In this document: in pieces, positions 8,745-17,747 of the stretch | How the letters are laid out: each line of letters opens with the position of its first letter | Numbering within the stretch: the stretch's first letter is position 1 | Source: Candidatus Latescibacterota bacterium | Lineage (GTDB): Bacteria > Latescibacterota > UBA2968 > UBA8231 | Length of the DNA: 64,000 nt | Assembly (NCBI GenBank): GCA_965243025.1 | Contig: CBDETY010000003.1 | Coordinates: 4,832,001 to 4,896,000, forward strand | Direction: 5' to 3' | Notes under the pieces: model-generated | What the model saw: only the letters and a program-made list of their open reading frames with translations | Told to the model about the DNA's origin: nothing | Database searches by the model: none | Program-made: the position numbers and the translations under genes

Positions 8745-9848
8745 TCAGTACACCCCGACGGTCACCGACTCCTGCAGCGACGACAGCAGGCGCACGTTGG
8801 CGACCCCGTCCCAGGGGTATTCGTCGATCGGCCCGGCGCGCTCCCCCTCGTCGCGCTCGAGAAAGCGGGGCATGAAGAACTCCCGGGTGAGGGTGGTCAG
8901 CATGACGCGCCCGGTCTCCCCGCAGGCGACGGTCCGGCTGTGGTCCTCCCGGTCCACGAGCTCGATGACGGCGCGCGGATGCGAGGGGTGGTAGACGATG
9001 TCGTACCCCTGTTCCGGGTCGAAGGGACGGCAGTGCGCCAGGCCCATCAGGGTGTTGCCGTAGGTCGGTACGAAATCGATGCCGGGGACCAGCTCCTCGC
9101 GGGCGAAGCGGTGGAACTGGGCGTCCATCTCGGTGCCGCCGCAGAAGATCCCGGTGATGCCCGCCCTGGGGAGCGAGACCTTCTCGCACAGCGCCTCGAG
9201 CAGCCTCGGGGTCGTGAACAGGCAGCGGACGCTGTCGTGGGCGCGCAGGATCTTCAGCCCCTGATCGACGACGTGGCTCTTGTAGGCCTCGAGCTCCTGG
9301 TGGGCCCGGCGGCGGATCAGGTTGTTGACCCAGCGCGGGTCGAGGTCTACGAAGAAGCAGATCCCTCCGCGCATCTGGGCCAGGCGCTCGACCGCCAGCC
9401 GCAGGCGCCGCGGTCCGGTCGGTCCCAGCATCAGCCAGTCGCCGCCGCTTGGGAACCCCTCCTCGGAAAGCCGCTCGCCGAACTGCCGGTAGTCGATCTC
9501 GAAGTCGCGGATGTTGATGCGGTTCTTGGGAAGGCCGGTCGACCCGCCGGTCTCGAACACGAACACCGGATCGTTGGCGTACGCCCCCGGCACCCACCTG
9601 CGCACCGGCCCGCCGCGCAGCCACTCGTCGCGGAAATGCCCGAGCAGCTTCAGGTCCCCGTAGCCGCCGATCTCGGCCCGGGGGTCGAAGTCGAGGTTTC
9701 CGGCGAACTCGAGCCAGAACGGGCACCCGGTGTCGGGGCCGAAATGCCAGGCCACCATCTCGCGCACGTGGGCGTCGAGCCGCTCCCGGGCCGCCGCTGC
9801 TTTTCTGGCCAGGGAGGCGGGCTGGTCTCCTGCGGGGGCCGCGCTCAT
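8745..9848 (-). CDS. Truncated ANL-family adenylating enzyme (EhpF/LuxE-like)
   Basis: WHFxxxTGCPFW, ETGGSTGLPK P-loop, PTYGNT and ERD motifs; ends in GVY. At 367 aa it lacks the usual ANL C-terminal subdomain. Confidence 0.75.
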   Translation of the reverse strand: MSAAPAGDQPASLARKAAAARERLDAHVREMVAWHFGPDTGCPFWLEFAGNLDFDPRAEIGGYGDLKLLGHFRDEWLRGGPVRRWVPGAYANDPVFVFETGGSTGLPKNRINIRDFEIDYRQFGERLSEEGFPSGGDWLMLGPTGPRRLRLAVERLAQMRGGICFFVDLDPRWVNNLIRRRAHQELEAYKSHVVDQGLKILRAHDSVRCLFTTPRLLEALCEKVSLPRAGITGIFCGGTEMDAQFHRFAREELVPGIDFVPTYGNTLMGLAHCRPFDPEQGYDIVYHPSHPRAVIELVDREDHSRTVACGETGRVMLTTLTREFFMPRFLERDEGERAGPIDEYPWDGVANVRLLSSLQESVTVGVY

Positions 9849-9864
9849 CCTTCCCCGAGGCGTC

Positions 9865-10008
9865 CAGTGCCTGCGCGCGCAAGCAGTACGAAAGAGACCG
9901 CCGAAGCGCCCGGCTCGCGCGGCGTCCAGGTGGGTCGTACCGGGGATGTACGGCCAGCAAAGGCAACGCCGCGGCCGGATTCAGACACAATGACGCCGGC
10001 AGGCACTA
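9865..10008. mobile_element. MITE-like structured repeat, type A copy 1
   Basis: Terminal inverted repeats AGTGCCTGC (9866-9874) and GCAGGCACT (9999-10007). The right end sits on the CTAG containing the propeller stop. The reverse complement aligns with 36408-36575. Confidence 0.7.
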
Positions 10009-11457
10009 GGGCCCTCCGATGGCGAACAGGCGGTTGCGGCTGGCTATGTAGAGGATGCCGCCGGCGGCGACCGGGGTGGTGTACACGGAGCTGCCCATGT
10101 TGATCTCGGCGAGCACCTCGAGCTCGCGCCCCGCCTCGAGGATCGCCACGTCGCCGTCCTCGTCGCCGATGTAGACCTTGCCGTCGGCGACCAGGGCCGA
10201 ACCCCAGATCGCCGCGAAGGCGTCGTACTTCCACTGCACCTCGCCGGTCTCGGCGTCGATGCAGTAGACGAAGCCGCTGAGGTCGGCGAGGTACACCAGG
10301 CCGCCGTGGATGGCCGCGGTCGAAAGGGTGCGGTGAAAGTTCCTGCCCCCGAGGTGCCAGACCGCGGCGGTGGCGGTGACGTCGCCGTTCCCGGTGGCGT
10401 CGATGCACCACAGGTTGCCCACCCCTTCCCCGTGCTCGGGATCCTGGCCGACGCCGATGTAGACGCGGTCCCGGTAAATGACGGGTGTGGAGATGATGGC
10501 GTTGCGGGTCCCTCTGCCCCCCAGCTCCCAGACCGAGTCCTCGGGGTTGCCGTCGAACTTCCACAACAGCCTGCCGGTCGCCGGATCGAGAGCGTAGACC
10601 CAGCCGTCGCCGCCGGGAAAGATCACCTGGGGCCGGCCGGCGATGACCCCGTAGGCCGGGTTCGACCACTGGCCGTGGAGGATGTTCTCCCCCGGAGAGG
10701 CGTCCTCCCACGCCACCTCGCCCGTCCTCTTGTCGACGGCGATGAAGCTCGGGGCGAACGGCGACGGGATGTGGACGTGGCCTTCGTCGACGCCGTTGCC
10801 GGTGATCACGAACAGCAGGTCGCCGGCGGCCACCGGAGAGCAGACCGCGAGGTTGTGGGGGAAGACGTTGAGCTCCTCGATCATGTCGAGCTTCCAGACG
10901 ATGTCGCCGTCGATGCCGCTGGTGTCGGCCTCGTCCCGGTAGGGGCCGTCGTTCTCGCCGTCGCGGAACCCCTCGGTGTCGGCGGCGACGACCTCGCAGC
11001 GGTTGGAGATGTAGTACAGGCGCTCTCCCTCGACGTACGGGGTCGAGCAGACTCCCTGCTGCGGCCAGTCGTTGACCCGCCCCGAGGGCAGCTTGGTGTG
11101 CGTCGACTGCCAAAGGAAGCTGCCGTCGCCGAGGGCGAAGGCGGCGATGACGCCGCGGTCCCCGGTGAGCTTTCCGTTGTACAGCGCCTGGTTGTTGGTG
11201 CCGATGAACACCTTGCCCCCGTGAACGAGGGGGCCGGCGTAGGTCTGGGACCCGAGCTGCGCCGTCCACAGGATCCCCTCCCCGGTTTCCGTGTTCCACG
11301 CTGCAGGCAGGGGACCGGCTTCCACCGTCATGTTGCGGTCCGGGGTGAAGCCGAACATCGCCGTTTCCCCCGCCCCCGCGGGGACGACCGCGGAAGCGAT
11401 CGCCGCCGCGGCCAGGACCGCGCCGGGGAACCGCCGATTTGCGAAGAATCCTGTCAT
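10006..11457 (-). CDS. Secreted PQQ-like beta-propeller protein
   Basis: Start MTGFFANRR at 11457 with a signal peptide; Trp-docking blade repeats and acidic loops (DGENDGPY, DATGNGDVT). Confidence 0.85.
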   Translation of the reverse strand: MTGFFANRRFPGAVLAAAAIASAVVPAGAGETAMFGFTPDRNMTVEAGPLPAAWNTETGEGILWTAQLGSQTYAGPLVHGGKVFIGTNNQALYNGKLTGDRGVIAAFALGDGSFLWQSTHTKLPSGRVNDWPQQGVCSTPYVEGERLYYISNRCEVVAADTEGFRDGENDGPYRDEADTSGIDGDIVWKLDMIEELNVFPHNLAVCSPVAAGDLLFVITGNGVDEGHVHIPSPFAPSFIAVDKRTGEVAWEDASPGENILHGQWSNPAYGVIAGRPQVIFPGGDGWVYALDPATGRLLWKFDGNPEDSVWELGGRGTRNAIISTPVIYRDRVYIGVGQDPEHGEGVGNLWCIDATGNGDVTATAAVWHLGGRNFHRTLSTAAIHGGLVYLADLSGFVYCIDAETGEVQWKYDAFAAIWGSALVADGKVYIGDEDGDVAILEAGRELEVLAEINMGSSVYTTPVAAGGILYIASRNRLFAIGGP

Positions 11458-11477
11458 CCCTGTTTCCCCCGTGCCCG

Positions 11478-13733
11478 CTACCAGACGCGGACGTTGTCGT
11501 AGAAGATCTCGGCCGCCGAGTACCCGTAGAGCCCCGGACTGCCGCTGCGGTTCGGCAGCGGGTCCTCCGCTTCGATCGTCCAGTCCCGGGGCTCCTCCTC
11601 GCCGCGGCGCCAGACCTTGCCTTTGACGACCGCCCTGTCCGCTTCGACGTCGACCGTCATCCTGACGGTGTACCAGACTTCGGGTTCCCAAGCGAAGTCG
11701 ATGGTCTTCGCCATGCGCAGGTCGGACGCCCAGGAGCGGATCTGCAGGCGCTGGTGATTGCCCATCATGTCGAGGGTGTAGCGGTTGGCGATCAGCCCCA
11801 TGTCTGGGCGGTTGCGCTTCCCCCGGGCGGCCATCATGTCCGCCTGGACGGTGTACCCCGACATCTGCGGCGGACCGAGGTAGACGTTGGAGCGCTGCAG
11901 TCCGCGTTTGGCCAGCGGTTTCGCCAGGACCTTGTTGCCGTCGAGCTCGCGGACGAAGAACTTGCGCGCCGCCCCGATCCAGTGGGAGGGAGCCGCGTTC
12001 TCACCCTCGGCCGCGCTCAGGGACTCGAAGTCCTCGCTCCAGCCGCGTTCGGGGACGACCCGCACGCGGGCGTGCGCGGCCAGCGGCTCGCTCTCATTCC
12101 CGCCGAAACGGATGCTCGCGGTTACGCGGCCGGTCCGGGAAACCTCCGGGGCCGCAGTGAAAAGGGCGGTCTCCACGCCCGCTCCTGTTTCCTCCTCAGC
12201 CTCGATTTCTCCCGCCAGTCCTTCGAGCCGCCAGTCCACCCCCTGCTGGAGGAGGGACTCTTCCGCCAGCGCCCGGCCCGCGTCATCGAAAAGACGGACC
12301 CTGAAGCGCACCGAGTCTCCCGGAGCGAGCAGCACCTCGGCGGGCACGAGCTGAACCGATGCCGGGGGTTTATCCGAAACAGGTACGTCCGTCGAGGCCG
12401 GAGAACCGGACGGGCCGGAGGCCGAAGGACCGCGGAAGGAGTCGCCGAGGCAGAACAGCCCGTCTTCGGTCGTGAAGTAGACGCAGCCCCAGGCGGCCGC
12501 CGGGGAGCCGTATATCTCGAGCGGCCGGCCTTCTTCGGCGGTCAAAAGCTCCTCGTCGAGGAGCAGGCACTCCCCCTCTCCAGGCTGCAGGATCTGGAAC
12601 CTGCCGTTGACGGTGGCGGCGTAGATCCTGCCGTCGGCGGCCACCGGCGAGCCCCTGCCGACAGTGCCGATGTTGCGCTCCCAGAGCAGGGTGCCGTCGC
12701 CGGCGTCGAGGCAGAGCAGGTTGGCGGAGTTGTCGACGACGTACAGCCTGCCGTCGTCGAGCGCCGGCGAGGCGTAGCCGGCCAGGCAGGCGTCGCGGCG
12801 CCAGATCTCCCCGGTGCCGGTCACGTCCCCCGTGCCGGTGGCGTCGATGCAGACGACGCGGCCCATCTCGGTGTTGTCGACGTTCTCCTCGCTGTGGGAT
12901 ACGTAGACCCGGCCGTCTCCGGCGACGACGGAGACGTTGATGCCGCGCTTGCTGAGCCGGAAGCCCCACACCTTCTCTCCGGTGGCGGCGCACAGGGCGT
13001 ATACGGCGCCGTCGGCGTTGCCGGCGATCATCAGCCGCTGACCGCCGATATCGGCGGCCACCGGGGTCGAGTAGGTGGTGTCGAGGGGTCGTCCGCCCGG
13101 AGTCGACACCCAGACAACCTCGCCGCTGTTCTTGTCGAAGGCGAAATACCGGTGCCGGGGCACCGCCTGGTCGCCCCAGCTCGAGTTGAGGAAGGAGATC
13201 ACCACGAGGCCGCCGTCGACGAACGGCGTGTGGGTGCGGCCCCCGTACCCGGAGATGCGGCCGAACTCCTCGGTCAGCGACCGCGACCACAGCAGCTCGC
13301 CGTCGCCGGAGTAGCAGTTGAAGATCCCCTGCACCCCGTGGGCGTAGACGTTGCCGGTTTCGGGATCGCCTGCGAGGCTGGCCCAGCCGACGCGGTTGAA
13401 CGGGATCGTCGTGTGGAAGACGTTGAGGCGGTCCTCCCAGAGCAGGGCGCCGGTGGCGGCGTCGAAGCAGGCGATGCGCTCCTGCTCGGTGATCCCCTCC
13501 CCGACCCGGCCGATGACGTAGACGCGCCCGTTCATGAGGATGGGTGTCGAGCGGCCGACGAACTCCGCGCGCCACAACAGGCCGCTGCCGGACCGGGACC
13601 AGGCCGAAACCAGGCCGGTCTCTGCGGATGCCCCGGTCTGACCGGGGCCCCTCCAGTGGGGCCAGCCGGCGGCCGCCGGCTCCGGACCGGGTCCGGAAAC
13701 GAGGGTGAGTGCTAGGAGAAGGAGAAGAACCAT
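11478..13733 (-). CDS. Secreted PQQ-like beta-propeller protein with Ig-like and C-terminal lectin/DUF1080-like domain
   Basis: Signal peptide, WPHWRGP, multiple blades and DATGTGDVT. The C-terminal beta-sandwich ends GSPGLYG...FYDNVRVW. Confidence 0.82.
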   Translation of the reverse strand: MVLLLLLALTLVSGPGPEPAAAGWPHWRGPGQTGASAETGLVSAWSRSGSGLLWRAEFVGRSTPILMNGRVYVIGRVGEGITEQERIACFDAATGALLWEDRLNVFHTTIPFNRVGWASLAGDPETGNVYAHGVQGIFNCYSGDGELLWSRSLTEEFGRISGYGGRTHTPFVDGGLVVISFLNSSWGDQAVPRHRYFAFDKNSGEVVWVSTPGGRPLDTTYSTPVAADIGGQRLMIAGNADGAVYALCAATGEKVWGFRLSKRGINVSVVAGDGRVYVSHSEENVDNTEMGRVVCIDATGTGDVTGTGEIWRRDACLAGYASPALDDGRLYVVDNSANLLCLDAGDGTLLWERNIGTVGRGSPVAADGRIYAATVNGRFQILQPGEGECLLLDEELLTAEEGRPLEIYGSPAAAWGCVYFTTEDGLFCLGDSFRGPSASGPSGSPASTDVPVSDKPPASVQLVPAEVLLAPGDSVRFRVRLFDDAGRALAEESLLQQGVDWRLEGLAGEIEAEEETGAGVETALFTAAPEVSRTGRVTASIRFGGNESEPLAAHARVRVVPERGWSEDFESLSAAEGENAAPSHWIGAARKFFVRELDGNKVLAKPLAKRGLQRSNVYLGPPQMSGYTVQADMMAARGKRNRPDMGLIANRYTLDMMGNHQRLQIRSWASDLRMAKTIDFAWEPEVWYTVRMTVDVEADRAVVKGKVWRRGEEEPRDWTIEAEDPLPNRSGSPGLYGYSAAEIFYDNVRVW

Positions 13734-13811
13734 GAGGCGTCCCTGACGAAACTCAGAAAATACAGGCTGGTTCCGGGAACCGGAACCCGCCGCGGGGCTT
13801 CCGCGCTCCCC

Positions 13812-14960
13812 TTACCAGTTGGTGTAGGAGCCGTCCAGGCGGCGATACCCCCAGACCGGGCCGTCGTTCTCGACGGGGGGATTGGCCGCAGCGGCCTCTT
13901 CGTCGATCTCCACCCCGAGCCCCGGCCCCTCGGGAACCAGCAGGTGGCCGTCGGCGAAGCCGACCTGGACGGGGAAGACGTCGTTCAGGGCGGTCCCCGG
14001 CTCGCGCGACAGCTCCTGCACCCCGACCAGCGGCGAGGCGAGGCAGAAGTGCAGGCTGGCAGCGGTGCATACAGGTCCGAGGGGATTGTGGGGCACCAGG
14101 GCGACGTAATGGGTCTCGCACCAGCCGGCGACCTTCCTGCCTTCGGTGAGCCCGCCGACGATGCACAGGTCGAGGCGGCAGTAGTCGAGCAGGTCCTCCT
14201 CAAGGACCTCGCGGAACTGCCACTTGCTGGCGAACTGCTCGCCGACCGCAAGCGGAACGCTGGTCTGCTGACGCACCAGGCGCAGGCTGGCGGCGTTCTC
14301 GCTGCGCAGCGGATCCTCGATGAAGAAGGGGCGGTACGGCTCCACCTGGCGGCAGAAGTGGATGGCGTCCGGCGGGTCGAGGCGGGTGTGCACGTCGACG
14401 CAGATCTCGAGCTCCTCACCCAGCTCCTCGCGGACGGCGCGCACCCCTTCGACGGTCCGGCGCACGGCGCGCCCCGGCTCGAACAGCCGCTCTCCCCCCT
14501 CGATGTCGTCGACGGAGAAGCGCACGAACTTCCACCCCGCCTCGGCGCGCGCGCGGCAGCCGGCGACCAGGCTGTCGGTGTCGGCGCCGACGACGTGGGG
14601 ATAGCAGACCACCTTGTCCCTGACGCGGCCGCCCAGGAGCTCGTAGACCGGGACGTTCAGCGCCTTCGCCTTGATGTCCCACAGTGCGATGTCGACGGCG
14701 CTCAGGGCCGCGGTCTGCACCACTCCTCCCGGGAAGAAGCCGCCGCGAAACATCACCTGCCAGAGGTGCTCGATGCGGAACGGATCGGCTCCTGCGAGGT
14801 CGCGCTCGAACGACTTCCAGACCTCGGCCACGGCGGTGACGCGTCGGCCTATGCCGGCCTCGCCGAGACCGTGGATGCCCTCGTCGGTTTCGACCTTGAC
14901 GAAGGAGTAGTTGCGCCCCCCCTCGCTGACCAGGACCGGTTTTATCGCGGTGATCTTCAT
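13812..14960 (-). CDS. Mandelate racemase/muconate lactonizing enzyme family (galactonate dehydratase-like)
   Basis: MKITAIK start with GAGGAG RBS; DIALWDIKAK, DVH, FIEDP, GEQ and PHNP motifs. Confidence 0.88.
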   Translation of the reverse strand: MKITAIKPVLVSEGGRNYSFVKVETDEGIHGLGEAGIGRRVTAVAEVWKSFERDLAGADPFRIEHLWQVMFRGGFFPGGVVQTAALSAVDIALWDIKAKALNVPVYELLGGRVRDKVVCYPHVVGADTDSLVAGCRARAEAGWKFVRFSVDDIEGGERLFEPGRAVRRTVEGVRAVREELGEELEICVDVHTRLDPPDAIHFCRQVEPYRPFFIEDPLRSENAASLRLVRQQTSVPLAVGEQFASKWQFREVLEEDLLDYCRLDLCIVGGLTEGRKVAGWCETHYVALVPHNPLGPVCTAASLHFCLASPLVGVQELSREPGTALNDVFPVQVGFADGHLLVPEGPGLGVEIDEEAAAANPPVENDGPVWGYRRLDGSYTNW

Positions 14961-15003
14961 CCGTCTCCTCCCCTTCCTGTGGTTTTTCTTGCGGCTTTCC
15001 GTG

Positions 15004-15657
15004 TCAGGAGGCCGTTCGAGTCGGCGCCCCGCGGCCTTTCGCCAGTCCATCCGTCCCCGTCCCGCCCAGCAGCCGCGTCCTCATTTCGTCGAGGGGAAAG
15101 GCGGGGCCCGGGTCGACCTTGCGGTCCGGCGCGATCTCCTCGTGGCCGACGATTTCGACGATTCCGTACTCCGCAATCAGCAGACGACAAAGCTGCCCGA
15201 CGATGTTCAGCTGCGATTCGGGATAGGCCTGCCAGTAAGCCGCCCCGGTCTCGTTGCGGTGCACGGCGCGCACCGTCTCCGCGGCCGGGTAGCTGTCTCC
15301 GAAGTGGGCGAGGTAGCGCCCGTCCCGCGCTTCGAGGCGACCGGCGTTGTCGACCTCGATGCCGAGGGAAAACCGGTTGAGGGCGGTGCGGCCCTTCCAG
15401 GCGCTGACCCCGGCGTGCCAGGCGACCGTATCGAACGGGACCAGCTGCGCGACGGCTCCGTTCCGGGCGACCACGAGGTGTGCGGATACCTTCCGCGCCG
15501 GGTTGGTCAGGGTGGCGATGGCCGCGCCGGCGTCGCGGCACGCGGTGTAGTGAATGACGATGGTGTCGGGGTACCCGGGCTCGAAGGGATCCCCGATGTT
15601 CGGCGATTCGGTGAACTCCACTCCATCCCCCCGCAGCAGGTGGTTTTCTATGTGCAT
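15004..15657 (-). CDS. N-acetylmuramoyl-L-alanine amidase (Amidase_2/AmpD-like)
   Basis: IVIHYT, SAHLVV, AWHAGVS, SLGIE and GHEEIAPDRKVDPG motifs. Confidence 0.9.
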   Translation of the reverse strand: MHIENHLLRGDGVEFTESPNIGDPFEPGYPDTIVIHYTACRDAGAAIATLTNPARKVSAHLVVARNGAVAQLVPFDTVAWHAGVSAWKGRTALNRFSLGIEVDNAGRLEARDGRYLAHFGDSYPAAETVRAVHRNETGAAYWQAYPESQLNIVGQLCRLLIAEYGIVEIVGHEEIAPDRKVDPGPAFPLDEMRTRLLGGTGTDGLAKGRGAPTRTAS

Positions 15658-15752
15658 CGAATCAGCTCACCGCCTCCCGACCGCATCGCCTTCTGGGGAT
15701 CCAGGGGGAGTGGGGACCGGAGCGGACCCTCCAGTGGCAAAGAGAGGACCTG

Positions 15753-16400
15753 CTACCAAGGACGCCGGAAACGTTCGATGCGTTGCTGGAGCTCTGCGGT
15801 GATCCGGCGCACCTCCCCCAGGTCGGCCGGGCTGAGCTGGGAACCGAGGGCCGCAAAAAGTGGTTCGAGGTCCGGCTGATAGGTGTGCATCAGGGTGGCG
15901 AGGTCATTTTCGTAGAGACCGACGCGGGCGAAGTTTCCTTGGCGGTAGAGGGAAGGAAGGGCATACAGTTTGAGCAGGATGAGACCTTCGACCGTAGCGC
16001 AGGGAATCCGGCGCTCCCGAAACGTGTGTCGGGTGGCGTATCCCTCCTGCACCATGGCGAAGAGAGGGTTCGTGGTCAGCAGGAAATCGACGCGCAAGTC
16101 CTCGAATCTGCCCCGGAAAAAGTGGCCGTCCCGGTGTTCGATGGTGATTTCGGGAAGCGCCTTCAGCGAACCGACGCTTACGATCAGATCGATGTCTTCG
16201 GTATTCCGCCCCTCAACGTATTGGAGCAGGGCCACACCGCCGACCAGCAGGTACTCGATTTCCCTTTCCTCCAACAGTGAAAAAAAACGGGATACGGTCT
16301 GCAGCAGGGCATCGGCATTCATAGGGGATTGCTCGTACCGGCGGAAGTTGAAGAGGCAGGCGTTTCGGATGGTCTGGCCGATGTGGACGGGGGTGGGCAT
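15753..16400 (-). CDS. Nucleotidyltransferase-fold protein (AbiEii/DUF6036-like)
   Basis: LLVGGVAL...RNTEDIDL...VDFL and LILLKL motifs. Start is either 16400 or the later MNADAL Met. Confidence 0.65.
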   Translation of the reverse strand: MPTPVHIGQTIRNACLFNFRRYEQSPMNADALLQTVSRFFSLLEEREIEYLLVGGVALLQYVEGRNTEDIDLIVSVGSLKALPEITIEHRDGHFFRGRFEDLRVDFLLTTNPLFAMVQEGYATRHTFRERRIPCATVEGLILLKLYALPSLYRQGNFARVGLYENDLATLMHTYQPDLEPLFAALGSQLSPADLGEVRRITAELQQRIERFRRPW

Positions 16401-16426
16401 ATATCCAACAGGAATGCGGGAGGGCG

Positions 16427-17728
16427 CTATGAACCGGATCCCGGTTCGTACCAGTCGTTGCGCAGCAGGGGAAAACCGCTGAGACCGTTGCGGCGCTTGA
16501 CCAGCAGGGTCTGATACACACCGCTGTGGCCCGCGGCGAACCAGTGGGCGCATCCGGCCATGTAGAGCCGCCACACCCGGTAGGTCGTCTCCCCGACCTC
16601 CTTCTTCGCCTCCTCCTGCCGCGCCTCGAGACGCCGCACCCAGTGTCTGAGGGTCATGGCGTAGTGCTCGCGCAGGCTCTCGACGTCGCGCGGCTCGAAG
16701 CGGCAGTCCTCCGCGGCGGTGACGACCGACGAGATGGAGGGCAGGTCGCTGTCGGGGAAGACGTAGGTGCGCACGAAGCCGGGCTTGCGGTTGCGCGGCC
16801 GGCCCGGGAGCTCGCCGATCCCGTGGTTGAGGAACACCCCGCCCGGCTTCAGCAGCTCGTAAGCGGCGCCGAAGTACTCGTGCAGCCGTTCCTCGCCGAC
16901 GTGCTCCACCATGCCGATGCTGGCGAGCTTGTCGAACCCGGACTCCTTCAGCTCCCGGTAATCGACCACCTCGGCGCGGCAGCGGTCCTGCAGGCCAGCC
17001 CCGCGGATGCGCTCGTTGGCGAGATCGGCCTGCGGCCGGCTCAGGGTGATGCCGAGGGCCTCGGCTCCGTACTCGCGGGCGGCGTGCATGATCAGCCCGC
17101 CCCACCCGCAGCCGATGTCGAGGAAGCGCTCCCCCGGCTGCAGCCGCAGCTTGCGGCAGATGTAGTCGAGCTTGCGCTCCTGGGCGGCGTCCAGCGACTC
17201 CTCCTGCGAGCCGAAAAGCGCGCAGGAGTAGACCAAGTTGCGGTCGAGCCAGAGGGCGTAGAAGTCGTTGGAAACATTGTAATGGTGGGTGACCGCGGCG
17301 CTGTCGCGCTCGACGGAATGCTCCGAGCCGGACAGCCGCGCCCGCCCGAAGCCGTTCCCGGAGCGCCGGCGGCCCCCGGGCAGACTGAGCAGCCGGCGCC
17401 CGATACGCAGCTTTTCCCAGAAGCTGCGGGGCTGCTCGACCAGCTGTTCCCCGACCGGCATGAGAGCTTCGGCGTCTCCCTCGATATCGTAGTCGTCGTG
17501 GAGATAGCACTCCGCCAGGTTGAGCTCGGTCTGTGTGAGGAACATCTTGCGCAGGGCCCCGGGATGCTTCAGCACGACAGTGCACTTCGCCTCCGTGCCC
17601 GGGTCCGGCTCCCAGGTGGTGCCGTCCCAGAGCCGCATGGCGATGCTGGGCTGGTCGAGCCCGCCGAAGATCTGCCGGATCAGGTCCAGCGTGGTCTCGA
17701 CCGCGGAATCAGCGGCGGCGACAGTCAT
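16427..17728 (-). CDS. cfa: Cyclopropane-fatty-acyl-phospholipid synthase
   Basis: HHYNVSNDFY, YSCALF, LDIGCGWGG, SIGMVEHVG and HYAMTL motifs. Confidence 0.9.
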   Translation of the reverse strand: MTVAAADSAVETTLDLIRQIFGGLDQPSIAMRLWDGTTWEPDPGTEAKCTVVLKHPGALRKMFLTQTELNLAECYLHDDYDIEGDAEALMPVGEQLVEQPRSFWEKLRIGRRLLSLPGGRRRSGNGFGRARLSGSEHSVERDSAAVTHHYNVSNDFYALWLDRNLVYSCALFGSQEESLDAAQERKLDYICRKLRLQPGERFLDIGCGWGGLIMHAAREYGAEALGITLSRPQADLANERIRGAGLQDRCRAEVVDYRELKESGFDKLASIGMVEHVGEERLHEYFGAAYELLKPGGVFLNHGIGELPGRPRNRKPGFVRTYVFPDSDLPSISSVVTAAEDCRFEPRDVESLREHYAMTLRHWVRRLEARQEEAKKEVGETTYRVWRLYMAGCAHWFAAGHSGVYQTLLVKRRNGLSGFPLLRNDWYEPGSGS

Positions 17729-17747
17729 GACCGCCCATACTCCTTCC

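Noticed and set aside
7303-9990. 895-aa ALDH fusion or frameshift product
   Set aside because: The upstream part overlaps the EhpF-like gene in another frame, and that gene has its own stop; no slippery site is evident.
325-13715. Long plus-strand ORFs mirroring the operon
   Set aside because: Antisense shadows expected from high-GC codon bias; no recognisable motifs.
9849-13811. PqqA-like or RiPP precursor peptide for the radical SAM enzyme
   Set aside because: No small ORF with ExxxY or a leader was found in the gaps, and the enzyme lacks a SPASM domain.
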